The notes: generated by a model from the sequence alone, not told the origin. DNA of 63,620 bases, filler included, from Octopus bimaculoides (GCF_001194135.2; 7 parts of 6 records of this genome joined end to end with filler, not necessarily neighbours in it); one strand, 5' to 3'. Positions 49,206 to 62,252 are shown, counted from the first letter of the whole stretch. Program-made: numbers and translations.

Positions 49206-50139
49206 ATATAGATGAAGAGAGATATAAATATATATATGTATATATATAAATTATTCCAAACCGCCGAGCCATTAGACAACCAGCTACAAGCAAATAATGA
49301 CATGCATTATAATAGAACCAAGCGGAACCGAATTTATTGAGTGAGGTACCTTTTGAAGAGTCACCTGACGAATCAAATCTCCACCGAAGAATGCACCACA
49401 ACCAGCTGTACAGTATCTTATCCGATGAACGATTGAGTCGAAACAATCGTTGTGATTAATAAACAATCTAGTGGATACCATGGTGCTTCACTCATTTCTT
49501 ATGTATGTATGTATGTATGTATGTATGTACACATGATTAAGATACAATGGGTTAAACGACAATCTTTATTTAAAATCACTACAACTGTTTCAATACATCG
49601 TCCATCCACTGTATATTGGTGAGATAATATAATTAATCTGTTGTGTAATAATTATCACCCGCGAAATGTGTAATATTTGTTTCTTCAGGTAAATTTTCTT
49701 AAGTACTTTCTCTCATTATGATCTAAAATATGTGTGTGTCTGTGTGTGTGCGTATGTGTGTTTTATGATGTGTGTTTTATAATATAAACATAAATATATA
49801 TTTATATATATAGATACATACACACACACACACAAACTCGCGCGCGCACATATATATGTATGTATATGCATGTATATATATATACATATATATATACATA
49901 CATATACATGCGTATNNNNNNNNNNNNNNNNNNNNNNNNNNNNNNNNNNNNNNNNNNNNTTAATTAATTAANNNNNNNNNNNNNNNNNNNNNNNNNNNNN
50001 NNNNNNNNNNNNNNNATTGTTTTTTTGAACCTATGTATATATACACATATACATATATACGCACACACACGTTCTGTTATCACACACACACTCGCAGACT
50101 CCCGCACACGCACAGATATTCATCTCCCTTTTTCACTAT

Positions 50140-50380
50140 CCTGTCTTAGAAAGAACTTTTCCCCCACCACCTCCTCTTCCGGTCTTTTCACAATGTAACC
50201 TCGTGGGCATCGGTACCATTTTCCTCTTTCTCCGTTCTTCCATTCTCCGAAGTTTCCATCTTTCCGACGAAGGGCTACGCCCGAAACGTCATACACTCTC
50301 TCTTTCCTTTCCTGAGCGTCCAATAACACTATCCGTATCACGTCCTCACTTTGTTGTTTTCTTGTTATTGTTTTTTTGAA
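50140..50380 (+). mobile_element. Probable Penelope-like pLTR remnant with hammerhead-like core
   Basis: CCGACGA-A-GGGC-TAC-GCCC-GAAA-CGTC at 50264-50290; the following gagcgtccaataacact..cacgtcctc also occurs at 2165-2210. Confidence 0.5.
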
Positions 50381-51623
50381 CCTATGTATATATACACATA
50401 TACATAGACACACATGTGTAATTATCTGAATATACATCCACATACCCATGTATAAATGTTTGTTTATGTATATATATATATACATGTTTATAGGTATGAA
50501 TTAATGAACAACGAAAGAAGGTGAGTTATGTAATCACCTTCATTAGCTCCCAGCTGTTTCTGCTAGAAGGAAGCAGTGAACTCGAGCTGAGTGTATGTCC
50601 TACCCATGCCAGCTGTGGAAAAAGGATGTCAAAAATGGTCATAATGATGAATATGATACTAGATAATAGTTATTTTATTTTCTGTTTATTATTTGTTGTC
50701 TTCCCTCTCATACATATATATATATATATATNNNNNNNNNNNNNNNNNNNNNNNNNNNNNNNNNNNNNNNNNNNNNNNNNNNNNNNNNNNNNNNNNNNNN
50801 NNNNNNNNNNNNNNNNNNNNNNNNNNNNNNNNNNNNNNNNNNNNNNNNNNNNNNNNNNNNNNNNNNNNNNNNNNNNNNNNNNNNNNNNNNNNNNNNNNNN
50901 NNNNNNNNNNNNNNNNNNNNNNNNNNNNNNNNNNNNNNNNNNNNNNNNNNNNNNNNNNNNNNNNNNNNNNNNNNNNNNNNNNNNNNNNNNNNNNNNNNNN
51001 NNNNNNNNNNNNNNNNNNNNNNNNNNNNNNNNNNNNNNNNNNNNNNNNNNNNNNNNNNNNNNNNNNNNNNNNNNNNNNNNNNNNNNNNNNNNNNNNNNNN
51101 NNNNNNNNNNNNNNNNNNNNNNNNNNNNNNNNNNNNNNNNNNNNNNNNNNNNNNNNNNNNNNNNNNNNNNNNNNNNNNNNNNNNNNNNNNNNNNNNNNNN
51201 NNNNNNNNNNNNNNNNNNNNNNNNNNNNNNNNNNNNNNNNNNNNNNNNNNNNNNNNNNNNNNNNNNNNNNNNNNNNNNNNNNNNNNNNNNNNNNNNNNNN
51301 NNNNNNNNNNNNNNNNNNNNNNNNNNNNNNNNNNNNNNNNNNNNNNNNNNNNNNNNNNNNNNNNNNNNNNNNNNNNNNNNNNNNNNNNNNNNNNNNNNNN
51401 NNNNNNNNNNNNNNNNNNNNNNNNNNNNNNNNNNNNNNNNNNNNNNNNNNNNNNNNNNNNNNNNNNNNNNNNNNNNNNNNNNNNNNNNNNNNNNNNNNNN
51501 NNNNNNNNNNNNNNNNNNNNNNNNNNNNNNNNNNNNNNNNNNNNNNNNNNNNNNNNNNNNNNNNNNNNNNNNNNNNNNNNNNNNNNNNNNNNNNNNNNNN
51601 NNNNNNNNNNNNNNNNNNNNNNN

Positions 51624-51968
51624 ACGCATAAGTGGGCTGGCTACACCCCTGGCAGAGGCCTTGGATTTAGGTCTCACTTTGCTTGCCGGGTCTTCTCACG
51701 CACAGCACATTTCCAAAGGTTTCGGTCAGAAGTCATCGCCTCGGTGAGGCCCAATGTTCGAAAGTCTTGCCTCACCACCTCAGCCCAGTTCTTCCTGGGC
51801 CTACCTCTTCCACGGGTTCCCTCAGCTGTTAGGGTGTGGCACTTTTTCACGCAGCTATCCTCGTCCATTCTCACTACATGTCCATACCAGCGCAATTGCC
51901 TCTCTTGCACACCACAACTGATGCTTCTTCTGTTCAGCTTTTCTCTCAAGATACTTACACTCTGTCGG
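51624..51968 (-). mobile_element. RTE LINE 3' fragment
   Basis: QLRWYGHVVRMDEDSCVKKC..GRGRPRKNW..AVREKTRQAK*. Confidence 0.88.
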
Positions 51969-53105
51969 GTATAGCAGCAATAAATGAGGTCAAATACTAT
52001 TCTGCTGTAGGCCCTGATCGATTCCCTGCTAGTATCCTGAAGCAATGTAGACACTAACTTGAAGTCCCTCTGACCAACCTCTGGAGAAATCCTTTAGACT
52101 CAGGTTATATACCCAAACAGCTGCTGTCCCAGTCTGTCATCCTGGTTTTCAAACAGGGAAACAGATCCCTCACAGTCAACTATCACCCAATCTCACTCAC
52201 CTCCCACATCATTAAAGTGTTTGAAAGAGTGGTAAGATCAAGGATAGCTGACTTCCTAGAGATCCACATACTCCTAAATGCAAATCAGCATGGCTTTCGC
52301 TGTGGCAGGGACTGTCTAACACAGCTCTTACACCACATTGAAGATATATTTAAAGCCTTGGGAACAGCTTCGAACGTTGATGTCATATATCTTGACTTCA
52401 GTAAAGCGTTCGACAGGGTTGACCATAATATCTTACTCTCAAAATTGGCAAATGTTGGAATCCGTGGAAAACTTCTACACTGGACTGAGTATTTCCTGGC
52501 GAATAGAGCACAACATGTTGTGGTCGGTGGAATCCACTCAAGCCCAGCAAAAGTCACCAGTGATGTTCCTCAGGGGACTGTCTTGGGCTCGCTCCTCTTT
52601 ATAATTTATATAAATGACCTTTCCAGTGTCGTAAATCACTGCAAAGTGAAAATATTTGCTGATGACACTAAGCTCCAGCAAATCATCAATGAAGAAGAAG
52701 ACCGAACCCAACTCCAGTCTGATCTATATGCTGTGAGTCAATTGGCAGATAAAAACAAAATGAAACTGAACGAGGGAAAATTTGAGCTGATGCATTTTGG
52801 AAGAAAGTCTATATTAAAACAGCCATACTCCCTTCCTTCAGGGAAACTGCTCACGGCATCCAATAATATCAGAGATCTGGGTGTAATTGGTGGCAACAAT
52901 CTCGATTGGAGTGCCCACATCAACAATAAGGTCAATATAGCTCGTAGGATGAGCTCCTGGATCTTAAGAACCTTCCGGTCCAGAGAACAAGGTGTCATCA
53001 TTCCACTTTTCTCCTCCTTTGTACGGCCACACCTCAAATACTACTGCCCCCTGTGGTCTCCCCATACAAAACAAAACATCTCGAAAATTGAATCACCCCA
53101 GAATG
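51969..53105 (+). mobile_element. CR1-like LINE RT region with about 290 uninterrupted codons
   Basis: QHGFRCGRDCLTQL, YLDFSKAFDRVDH, DVPQGTVLG, IFADDTK, RDLGV. Confidence 0.92.
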
Positions 53106-53139
53106 TGAATGGAAAATTAAGTTTAATTTTTAGCTGAAA

Positions 53140-54022
53140 TAGTACTAAATCTGTAACTCGGTTTTGGAATGCATATGGAATATATTTATGTATAGAACAG
53201 ACTTCTTTCAAACTGAAATTATTATCTCACATTAAAATAGAGACGTAATACTTAAATAGTGTAAGAGATAAGACATTGCTCTGGACTTGCATTAGGCAAG
53301 AAGTTGGAAATCTTTTTAATCCATGACACTGCATGGACGTTTGCTTTTGTATTTGACACCTGTTGCTTTAAGTATTTTATTTCGATTTTATGTATATATG
53401 AATGTATGAGCCAATGAGGGAGACCTCAACATGTTAGCTACACTTGGTAGAAATAGCAGCTAAATCTCCCTCAAAACACCTTACAGCCTTAATCCAACAA
53501 TTCTGCCTATTATGTAGTTTAAATGAGAAAATGTAACTAAAGATTAAAATTATTAAGCCCAAAATTTTATGCATTTTAGTAGCAATCAATTTTCTCTCTT
53601 TTTTGCTTAATTAAAATGATTGCCTTTTCGTTGTAGTTTTTCATGTCAGCTGTAAAGGTGAAGAGAGTTAACTTGGACGGTGTTAAGTAGTGGAGATGTT
53701 TGGTGATTGTGTGTGGTGGTTATTTTTGATTGTTTCTTCTCAATAAGGATAATTAATTGATAACAAATCTTAACACAATATATATGTAACTCAAAGTGGA
53801 ATCAGGCATCATAAGAAAAACAGAAAGAGGAAAGAAGAGAGACAGCATAGCGACTGTTTTTGGCTGACTGTCATCCTATACTCCCCTTGTTGCTAGTGAA
53901 ATGGTATGTGCTGGCTGTCTGAGCAAACTCATTACTTTTAACGGAGGAACAGACAGGACAATGATTACCAAAATAGCGATTCTCACTTTGAAACTATCAA
54001 TTTTAAAATTCTTTTTAGATTA
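53140..54022 (-). mobile_element. Partial copy of the Helitron 5' non-coding region
   Basis: Colinear blocks shared with 59580-59975, e.g. ggtagaaatagcagc.aaatctccc and aaaatagcgattctcactttgaaacta. Confidence 0.7.
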
Positions 54023-55108
54023 TGTAACGTTCCACCTAAAAACAACACTGATGGAGATTGCAAAAAGCCTGCAACAATCCTATATGAGGGAAAGAGCAGA
54101 CAATGAAGACTGGGTTATAAAAAACATTAAGTCAAACCCAAAGGCCTTCTTGCATTACGCCAAAGAAACAGCATCAGTATGCTGCAAGATAGGACTCCTC
54201 TTCCAAAAGGATTGCTCCCTTACAAATAGTCCAACCAGGATCAGTGACTTACTGAATGACCAGTTCAAAAGTGTCTTTACCACCCTGTTGGAACACAGAC
54301 AAGTGAATGAACCAGTGGACTTCTTTGCCACCTCACCTATAGCCAGCGAGGCAGGTACGATGGAATACATCGACATTAGTGAAGAAGATGTACTACTAGC
54401 CATAGATGAGGTGGATACAAACTCAACTGCTGGTCTTGATGATTTCTCAAGCAATCCTTCTCAAATCCAGTAAGCATGCACTGTCAAAACTCCACCAGAT
54501 TCTCTTCCAGAGCTTTCTTGCATATGGCATAAAGGGGGAAGCAGAGCAGGTGCCAAAAACTATAGGCCTATCTCTCAGACTTCACACATCAGCAAAGTCA
54601 TGGAAAGGATAGTCAGAGGGAAACTAATCACATTCCTTGGAGAAAATAAATTGCTGAGTGATACCCAGCATGGCTTTCGACCAGGTAGGAGCTGCCTGAC
54701 CCAGCTCTTACCCAGCTCTTACAACATTATGGCAGTTACTCAACAACTCAAATGTGGACGTAATATACCTGGACTTTGCAAAAGCTTTCAACAAAGTGGA
54801 TCATAGTATGATATGCCACAAAGTGCATGATCTCGGCATAGCCCTCATCTGCCCAGATAGCCACCCTTGCTAGCTATGCAGACGATATGAAAGTCTCGCA
54901 GAAAGTACAGAATCCCCAGCAATGTTGCACATCTGTAGCAGGAGTTGAACTCAATTTACAGATGGACTGAGGATAATAATATGCAGTTTAATGCTGAAAA
55001 ATTCCAAGCTCTGCGCTACCAGCGTCTAAAACTGAATATGAAACTTACAGGGTACACTGGTCCACAGGGGATTACAATCCCAGGGCCTAAATCAGTGAGG
55101 GACCTGGG
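54023..55108 (+). mobile_element. CR1-like LINE remnant
   Basis: WVIKNIKSNPKAF, QHGFRPGRSCLTQLL, YLDFAKAF, NNMQFNAEKF, VRDLG; frameshifted. Confidence 0.85.
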
Positions 55109-55159
<51 letters not shown>

Positions 55160-55841
55160 NNNNNNNNNNNNNNNNNNNNNNNNNNNNNNNNNNNNNNNNN
55201 NNNNNNNNNNNNNNNNNNNNNNNNNNNNNNNNNNNNNNNNNNNNNNNNNNNNNNNNNNNNNNNNNNNNNNNNNNNNNNNNNNNNNNNNNNNNNNNNNNNN
55301 NNNNNNNNNNNNNNNNNNNNNNNNNNNNNNNNNNNNNNNNNNNNNNNNNNNNNNNNNNNNNNNNNNNNNNNNNNNNNNNNNNNNNNNNNNNNNNNNNNNN
55401 NNNNNNNNNNNNNNNNNNNNNNNNNNNNNNNNNNNNNNNNNNNNNNNNNNNNNNNNNNNNNNNNNNNNNNNNNNNNNNNNNNNNNNNNNNNNNNNNNNNN
55501 NNNNNNNNNNNNNNNNNNNNNNNNNNNNNNNNNNNNNNNNNNNNNNNNNNNNNNNNNNNNNNNNNNNNNNNNNNNNNNNNNNNNNNNNNNNNNNNNNNNN
55601 NNNNNNNNNNNNNNNNNNNNNNNNNNNNNNNNNNNNNNNNNNNNNNNNNNNNNNNNNNNNNNNNNNNNNNNNNNNNNNNNNNNNNNNNNNNNNNNNNNNN
55701 NNNNNNNNNNNNNNNNNNNNNNNNNNNNNNNNNNNNNNNNNNNNNNNNNNNNNNNNNNNNNNNNNNNNNNNNNNNNNNNNNNNNNNNNNNNNNNNNNNNN
55801 NNNNNNNNNNNNNNNNNNNNNNNNNNNNNNNNNNNNNNNNN

Positions 55842-56192
55842 GCTATATTTCTGATAAGACAGCTTCAGGAGAAATACCTAGCCAAGGATAAACCTCTGTA
55901 CCTGACTTTCGTTGACATGGAGAAAGCCTTCGACAGGGTCCCCCGATCTCTCATCTGGTGGTCAATGAGGAAACTAGGGATACAAGAATGGTTAGTGAGA
56001 GCTGAGCGAGCCATGTACAGAGACGCTGTCAGTAAGGTGAGGGTTGGCAATGAGTATAGTGAAGAATTCCGCGTAGAGGTAGGGGTCCACCAAGGTTCTG
56101 TTCTCAGCCCCTCCTATTTATCATAGTCCTCCAGGCTATAACAGAGGAATTCAAAACAGGATGCCCGTGGGAGCTCCTCTATGCTGATCACC
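55842..56192 (+). mobile_element. RTE LINE RT fragment
   Basis: AIFLIRQLQEKYLAK..FVDMEKAFDRVPR..GVHQGSVLSP..WELLYADHL. Confidence 0.9.
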
Positions 56193-56552
56193 TTAAGAAA
56201 AAAATTCTAAAGGCACTAGAATGAATAAGAATTCAGCAAACCTTATACTCATGAGTTTCAGTATTAATGACAAGATAAATCAATTAATGAATTGATCAAT
56301 TTGACACCTGTAGCTCTTTAGTATGGCCGCTGCAAAAAAATGCGTAATTATGAAACTTAAATACATACCGAACAAGTCAGAATAGTACAGCAGTAAATAA
56401 ATTCAATCATGTACTAAATGGCCTAAGAATTGAAAAATTTAACTATATAAATATAAGAGTAAAAATTATTAAAAAATGTATTACCAGTCGTCCGCATATA
56501 TAACAGAAGTCATAAAGACGTAAAATATTTGTATATAAGAGTTTCTCTTTAC

Positions 56553-56637
56553 CTTAATCGAGGCGTTTTCAGTGGAATAATTTTGTGTTTCAACATTTTC
56601 ATTTGGAGACGTTGGGTTTTGTGCTTCTTCACGGTCG
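56553..56637 (-). CDS. Candidate 85-nt exon on the minus strand
   Basis: Branch point ACTAAC (56670-65), acceptor tttattcattccag|, donor AAG|GTAAAG; open as DREEAQNPTSPNENVETQNYSTENASIK or TVKKHKTQRLQMKMLKHKIIPLKTPRL. Confidence 0.45.
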
Positions 56638-57129
56638 CTGGAATGAATAAATTGTTTTTAATTTGTTAGTTATATATTTGTAACAAGCAGGATGTAAGTC
56701 ATATCAGCCAATAGAATTATTGATTGTATTTTTTTTTATGACGCTCAATCAATATTGTGCCACTCCCTGACCAACACGAATTCGTTTATTTCAGTTTGAA
56801 TGTCATTTGCAATTTGTGCTGTCAAAGTAGAATTCAATTCATTTAGTATGACCTAAGCTTTCCATAAATGTTTGAAAAACTATGTGCATGTATGTATGTA
56901 TGTATGTATGTATATACGCGCGCGCACGCACGCACACACACACACACACACACATACACACACACACACAAACATCTACGTATGTAGATTACATAAAGCC
57001 CATTTAAATCTGACTGCGTGACAAATTTAAGCCTAACTTCACTTAAATTTTTATTGTTGGCTTTGTTAGCCAACGCCTATTTAGAAACCTGATTGTGCAC
57101 TCACACATACACACACACGCATACACGCA

Positions 57130-57229
<100 letters not shown>

Positions 57230-57589
57230 CACATTGTAAACCTGTGTGGCCTAGGTTATGGTGTGCCTGATATTGTGCTCATGATTTTGAATTCCAGAGG
57301 GAAATGCTTAGAGGTCCTCACATGAATACTTTGTTTCACATTGTTCCAGTCAAATGATCTGTAAATAAACAACCCTGTGATGGACTGGTGCCCTGTTGGG
57401 AATGTCATGATCTTGGTCGCTTTTATAACCTTAGTCCCGAGAACAGCGTGAAGAACTGCAATGTGACCAGCAGGGAATAACAGCTGATCATCTGATCACT
57501 AGATATAAATATAAATACACCAACGTCGTCTCCTCCATTGGACACGAAACTTGGTTTGTGAAGAGATGTTGGGGCAAGCGAAAGCAAAA

Positions 57590-57945
57590 TCGTGATGGCA
57601 CCTGTGCCCAGCGTCGCCTTCCTGGCACTCGTACCGGTGACATGTGTAAAGACATTCGAGCGAGATCGTTGCCAGTGCTGCTGGACTGGCTCTTGTGCAG
57701 GTGGCACGTAAAATACACCATTTCGAGCGTGACCGTTGCCAGTACCTCCTGACTGGCCTTCGTGCTGGTGGCGCGTAAAAGCACCCACTACACTCTCGGA
57801 GTGGTTGGCATTAGGAAGGGCATCCAGCTGTAGAAATTCTGCCAGATCAGATTGGAGCCTGGTGTAGCCATCTGATTCACCAGTCCTCAATCAAATCGTA
57901 CAACCCATGCTAGCATGGAAAGCGGACATTAAACGATGATGATGA

Positions 57946-57950
<5 letters not shown>
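57590..57950 (+). mobile_element. RTE 3' UTR-only copy
   Basis: Inverted match to 34645-34990 (about 90% by eye), ending in (GAT)n. Confidence 0.88.
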
Positions 57951-57993
<43 letters not shown>

Positions 57994-57995
<2 letters not shown>

Positions 57996-60095
57996 TACCA
58001 GAGGCACCCAGCGTTGCTTGGGATTAAAATGGCATAGTTTGTATATAATATATTACAGTTTTGTTGAAACAGGTGATATGGGAAAGTGCAGCACTGACAA
58101 CAAAACATTTGTGGAGTAAGTGATAGGCTAATTTGCTCTTTTGCAGCTGTCGGCGCGGTGTCTAACATGACCCATCATCTGAAATGTTGACACCTCCTTG
58201 GAGTCAAGCGGCGAACTAGCAGAAACATTAGCACGCGGGGCGAAATCCTTAATGGTATTTCACATGCTGCTACGTTCTGAGTTCAAATTTCGCCGAGGTC
58301 GACTTTGCCTTTCATCTTTTTGGGGTCGATTAAATAAGTACCAGTTACGCACTGGGGAAGATATAATCGACTTAATCCGTTTGTGTGTCCTTGTTTGTCC
58401 CCTCTGTGTTTAGCCCCTTGTGGGCAGTAAAGAAATATGAAATGTTGACACCTCCTTCGTGTTTGTTGTCCTAAATCACTCATAAAGTAAATTTGGAGGA
58501 ACTGTGGTTGTTCATTTGTGGGTAACAGGGAACAAATGGGATGATAGACTTGCCCTAGAACTTTGACGTCGTCGTATTATTCATGTTTATCTATCTTCTT
58601 AGATGCACCAAACGATGTGATTTGCAGAGTTGTATTGTCTGATATTGTTCGGAAAATCCTTTGACTGGATGGAAATGCCTTCTAGAAGATCCATAAGAAG
58701 TTGAGAAAGAGACGGTAGTGCTGGCAATGTTACCCGACCACCCGAGCAGCACATACCATTTGTTTCATTTGAAAATTTGAAAGCTCTACAGAAAAGACAA
58801 TTTGTGTTTAGCACACCAATTTGGATAGAGTTAATAACTCTGTCCTAATTTTTATAAGAATGGGATTGATCATATCTGAAAACAGCTTCAGGAATTGTGA
58901 AGAACAAATTTGTACATAGTCTGTTTCTGAGAGCTATTCTATTGGACCTCTGTCTAATCATTAAAACATTGATTTAATGATCCAGCATTAAGTGCTGCAA
59001 CCTGCATTTGCTGATGTTGAGAAAATCTCATCTAGCTTCTCTCTTCAAACTCTCGCCTTCAGTTTTCTACAATCCTCCTTGCTTTATACTTGTTTCTGGA
59101 GAGATTACGTCTTTTCTTTGGTGGCATATTTTTCCCAATACTGAAAACAAAAAATTATGAAATAGAAAGAAATTATACATTAATCCCTATTTTCATAAGC
59201 AGTTGTATCCGTAAAAAATTTATTTGAAGAGAACAGAAAATGAAAGAAGATAAAGCGAAAAGAACAGAGGAAGAAAGTGAAAGATGTATGTACGTCTATA
59301 TGAAATGGATGTGTGTGTGTGCATGCGTGCTTGCACGTGTGTATATGAGAGAAAAAGAGGGTGAGAAAGAGAGATAGCGTGAGTGAAGGTGTGTGTTGTG
59401 ATGATTGACATCTTTTAAGGTACACACACATATAGAAAATGTGACATCATCGTATAAGATTTTTACGATAGTTGATTTATTGAAAAGATTATTTTAAATT
59501 TTTGAAATGCAAATATGTGAATGAAAATTAAGTTTAATTTGTAGCCAAAATAATACTGAATCTTTTGATACCCTATACGTCAAAATCTGTAACTCAATTT
59601 TGGAAAGCATAAGGAATATATAATATCAATGAGGCAGACCTCTACATGGTAGCTAGACCTGGTAGAAATAGCAGCCAAATCTCCCACAAAACACCCTACT
59701 GTCTTAATCAATAATTCTGCCTATTATGTAGTTTGAATGAGAAACTGTAAGTAAAGATTAAGATTATTAACCCCACAGGGAGAGGAAAGAAGAGAGACAG
59801 TATAGCGACGGTTTTGGCTGACTGTCATCCTGTACACCCCTTGTTGCTAGCAAAATGGCATGTGCCGGCTGTGTGAGCAACTGGTTGTTTTAATGGCGGA
59901 ACAAACAGGACATAAGATTGCAAAAATAGCGATTCTCACTTTGAAACTAACAATTTTGAAAATCTTTTTAGATTACGGAATGCTCCGCTCTCTCATGTAT
60001 CCATGTTTAAAATTTCAGCATGATCGGATGAACAATACTCGAAGTGATATGCACACAAACAGACAGACAGACAGAGCAGATTTTATATATATATA
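57994..60095 (-). mobile_element. Internally deleted Helitron with Rep N-terminal remnant
   Basis: On minus: 5' end ..TATATAAAATCTGCTCTGTCTGTCTG; MPPKKRRNLSR from ATG 59127; CLFCRAFKFSNETNGMCCSGGRVTLP..NNIRQYNS; subterminal hairpin 58007-22; GTAGT end (decayed CTAG). Confidence 0.82.
58200..58437 (+). mobile_element. SINE family B with perfect 20-bp TSD, nested in the Helitron
   Basis: TGAAATGTTGACACCTCCTT at 58180-99 and 58438-57. Confidence 0.92.
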
Positions 60096-60195
60096 NNNNN
60101 NNNNNNNNNNNNNNNNNNNNNNNNNNNNNNNNNNNNNNNTTAATTAATTAANNNNNNNNNNNNNNNNNNNNNNNNNNNNNNNNNNNNNNNNNNNN

Positions 60196-60233
<38 letters not shown>

Positions 60234-60411
60234 GTCATCGTCACCGCCGTCGTGGTCGTCGTCGTCATTATCAACAAGAGCCAGAAAAGGGAGGGAAAAC
60301 CAAAACCATTCTCCCTAGCACTACCGAAACGAAGGAGAAAATAGCGGGTTTCTTTTACTCTTTTACGCAGATACCGCTTTTGGTAAACAGTCGACAACAA
60401 CAGCGTAAATG

Positions 60412-60490
<79 letters not shown>
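60196..60490. repeat. Trinucleotide runs (CAT)n, (TAC)n, (AAT)n
   Basis: Direct reading. Confidence 0.9.
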
Positions 60491-61314
60491 GATCTTGAAA
60501 TAGAAATTAGCAAAATGTGGAACCTAAAGACTAAAACAATACCTGTTGCNNNNNNNNNNNNNNNNNNNNNNNNNNNNNNNNNNNNNNNNNNNNNNNNNNN
60601 NNNNNNNNNNNNNNNNNNNNNNNNNNNNNNNNNNNNNNNNNNNNNNNNNNNNNNNNNNNNNNNNNNNNNNNNNNNNNNNNNNNNNNNNNNNNNNNNNNNN
60701 NNNNNNNNNNNNNNNNNNNNNNNNNNNNNNNNNNNNNNNNNNNNNNNNNNNNNNNNNNNNNNNNNNNNNNNNNNNNNNNNNNNNNNNNNNNNNNNNNNNN
60801 NNNNNNNNNNNNNNNNAAACAAACACATGATTTTCTTATGGTTTCTTAAACATTCTCTAGAACAACACTATGTACAAATCGAAATATATGGTACCCTAGG
60901 CATAACACCTACATGAACTTCTAACTTGTTGTCTTTTGAGGTCTCTGGGTGAGACTTGGAGCCAACTTGTACAAATGCAAAGCAAAAGTCAAACATAAAA
61001 TAATAATAATAATAAATGCCCGGATGCAGTACCAGGCAGTGGTTCTTCACGGCTTTTGATCTTAACTGATGGGAAGTCTTGTCATATACATTGTTTTCTC
61101 TTCGTATAAAAGATGGGAAAATACAGCAAACATTCCGCTCAGTACCACAGATTTGCTTGTCAGTTGCTTGACATTAACCAGTTGAGCATGTCCTATAATG
61201 GTGGACGATATGTGCATCTCTGATCACGAGCAGAAGTAGTTGGGGAGCATCATAGCTATATGTGTTGAGAGGAATTCTTTGGAGTTTGGATAATTTACCT
61301 TTGGAACAACATAT

Positions 61315-61545
61315 GGCGGCGAGCTGGCAGAAACGTTAGCACACCAGGCGAAATGCTTCGCGGTATTTCTTCTGCCGTTACGTTCTGAGTTCAAATTCCG
61401 CCGAGGTCTACTTTGCCTTTCATCCTTCCGGGGTCGATTAAATAAGAACCAGTTACGCACTGGGATCGATATAATCGACTTAATCCGTTTGTCTGTCCTT
61501 GTTTGTCCCCTCTATGTTTAGCCCCTTGTGGGCAATAAAGAAATA
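61315..61545 (+). mobile_element. SINE family B, full length
   Basis: High similarity to 58200-58437. Confidence 0.9.
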
Positions 61546-61799
61546 GGAAACATGGGGGTGTCTCTTTCAACATCCTTAAACAACCCTTATACAGGGAACT
61601 TTTGAGTGGGATGGGCTGGGTCCCACCTGCAAGGTCATGCGCTGGTTATCTTGACAATGAGATCACCAAGTTACGCATATATGGTTGTGATTCATGTGTC
61701 TGGTGTACCTTTATCAGACGGGTAGTCATGATGGGTATACTGGGCTTTGTAAATTTGTACCCCAGTGTCACTTTGATGGCAATACATTACTGATACTGC

Positions 61800-62062
61800 C
61801 AGGATGAGATTGAAACAGTGAACACCTTATCTCTGTGTGTAAAGTTTTAGCACCATTAGAGTATAAATCTAGACATGACAGAGTTGGCCAATATTTGCAC
61901 AGGATAATATGTCGGCATTATAAAATCTAAAGTTGCTGGAAAATAGTACGAGCACCATCCTGAGGCTATAACCGAGGAAGAAAGTGTAACGATTCTTTGG
62001 GGCTTTCCAGTGCATACAGGCTGAACCATCAATGTCAATAAACCAGACATTACTGTGAAAGA
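61800..62062 (+). mobile_element. R4/Dong-like LINE fragment
   Basis: Frameshifted HLISVCKVLAPLEYKSRHDRVGQYLHRIIC..YEHHPEA..TILWGFPVHT..NKPDI. Confidence 0.75.
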
Positions 62063-62252
62063 GTGGAGGCGCAATGGCCCAGTGGTTAGGGCAGCGGACT
62101 CGCGGTCATAGGATCGCGGTTTCGATTCTCAGACCGGGCGTTGTGAGTGTTTATTGAGCGAAAACACCTAAAAAAGCTCCACGAGGCTCCGGCAGGGGGA
62201 TGGTGGTGGCGAACCCTGCTGTACTCTTCCACCACAACTTTCTCTCTCTCTT
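62063..62252 (+). mobile_element. SINE family D, 5' part (truncated by gap)
   Basis: Near-identical in reverse complement to about 45480-45661. Confidence 0.9.

Noticed and set aside
52217-53137. 306-aa ORF as a host gene or active LINE
   Set aside because: CR1-type RT fragment with no endonuclease, truncated at both ends by other elements.
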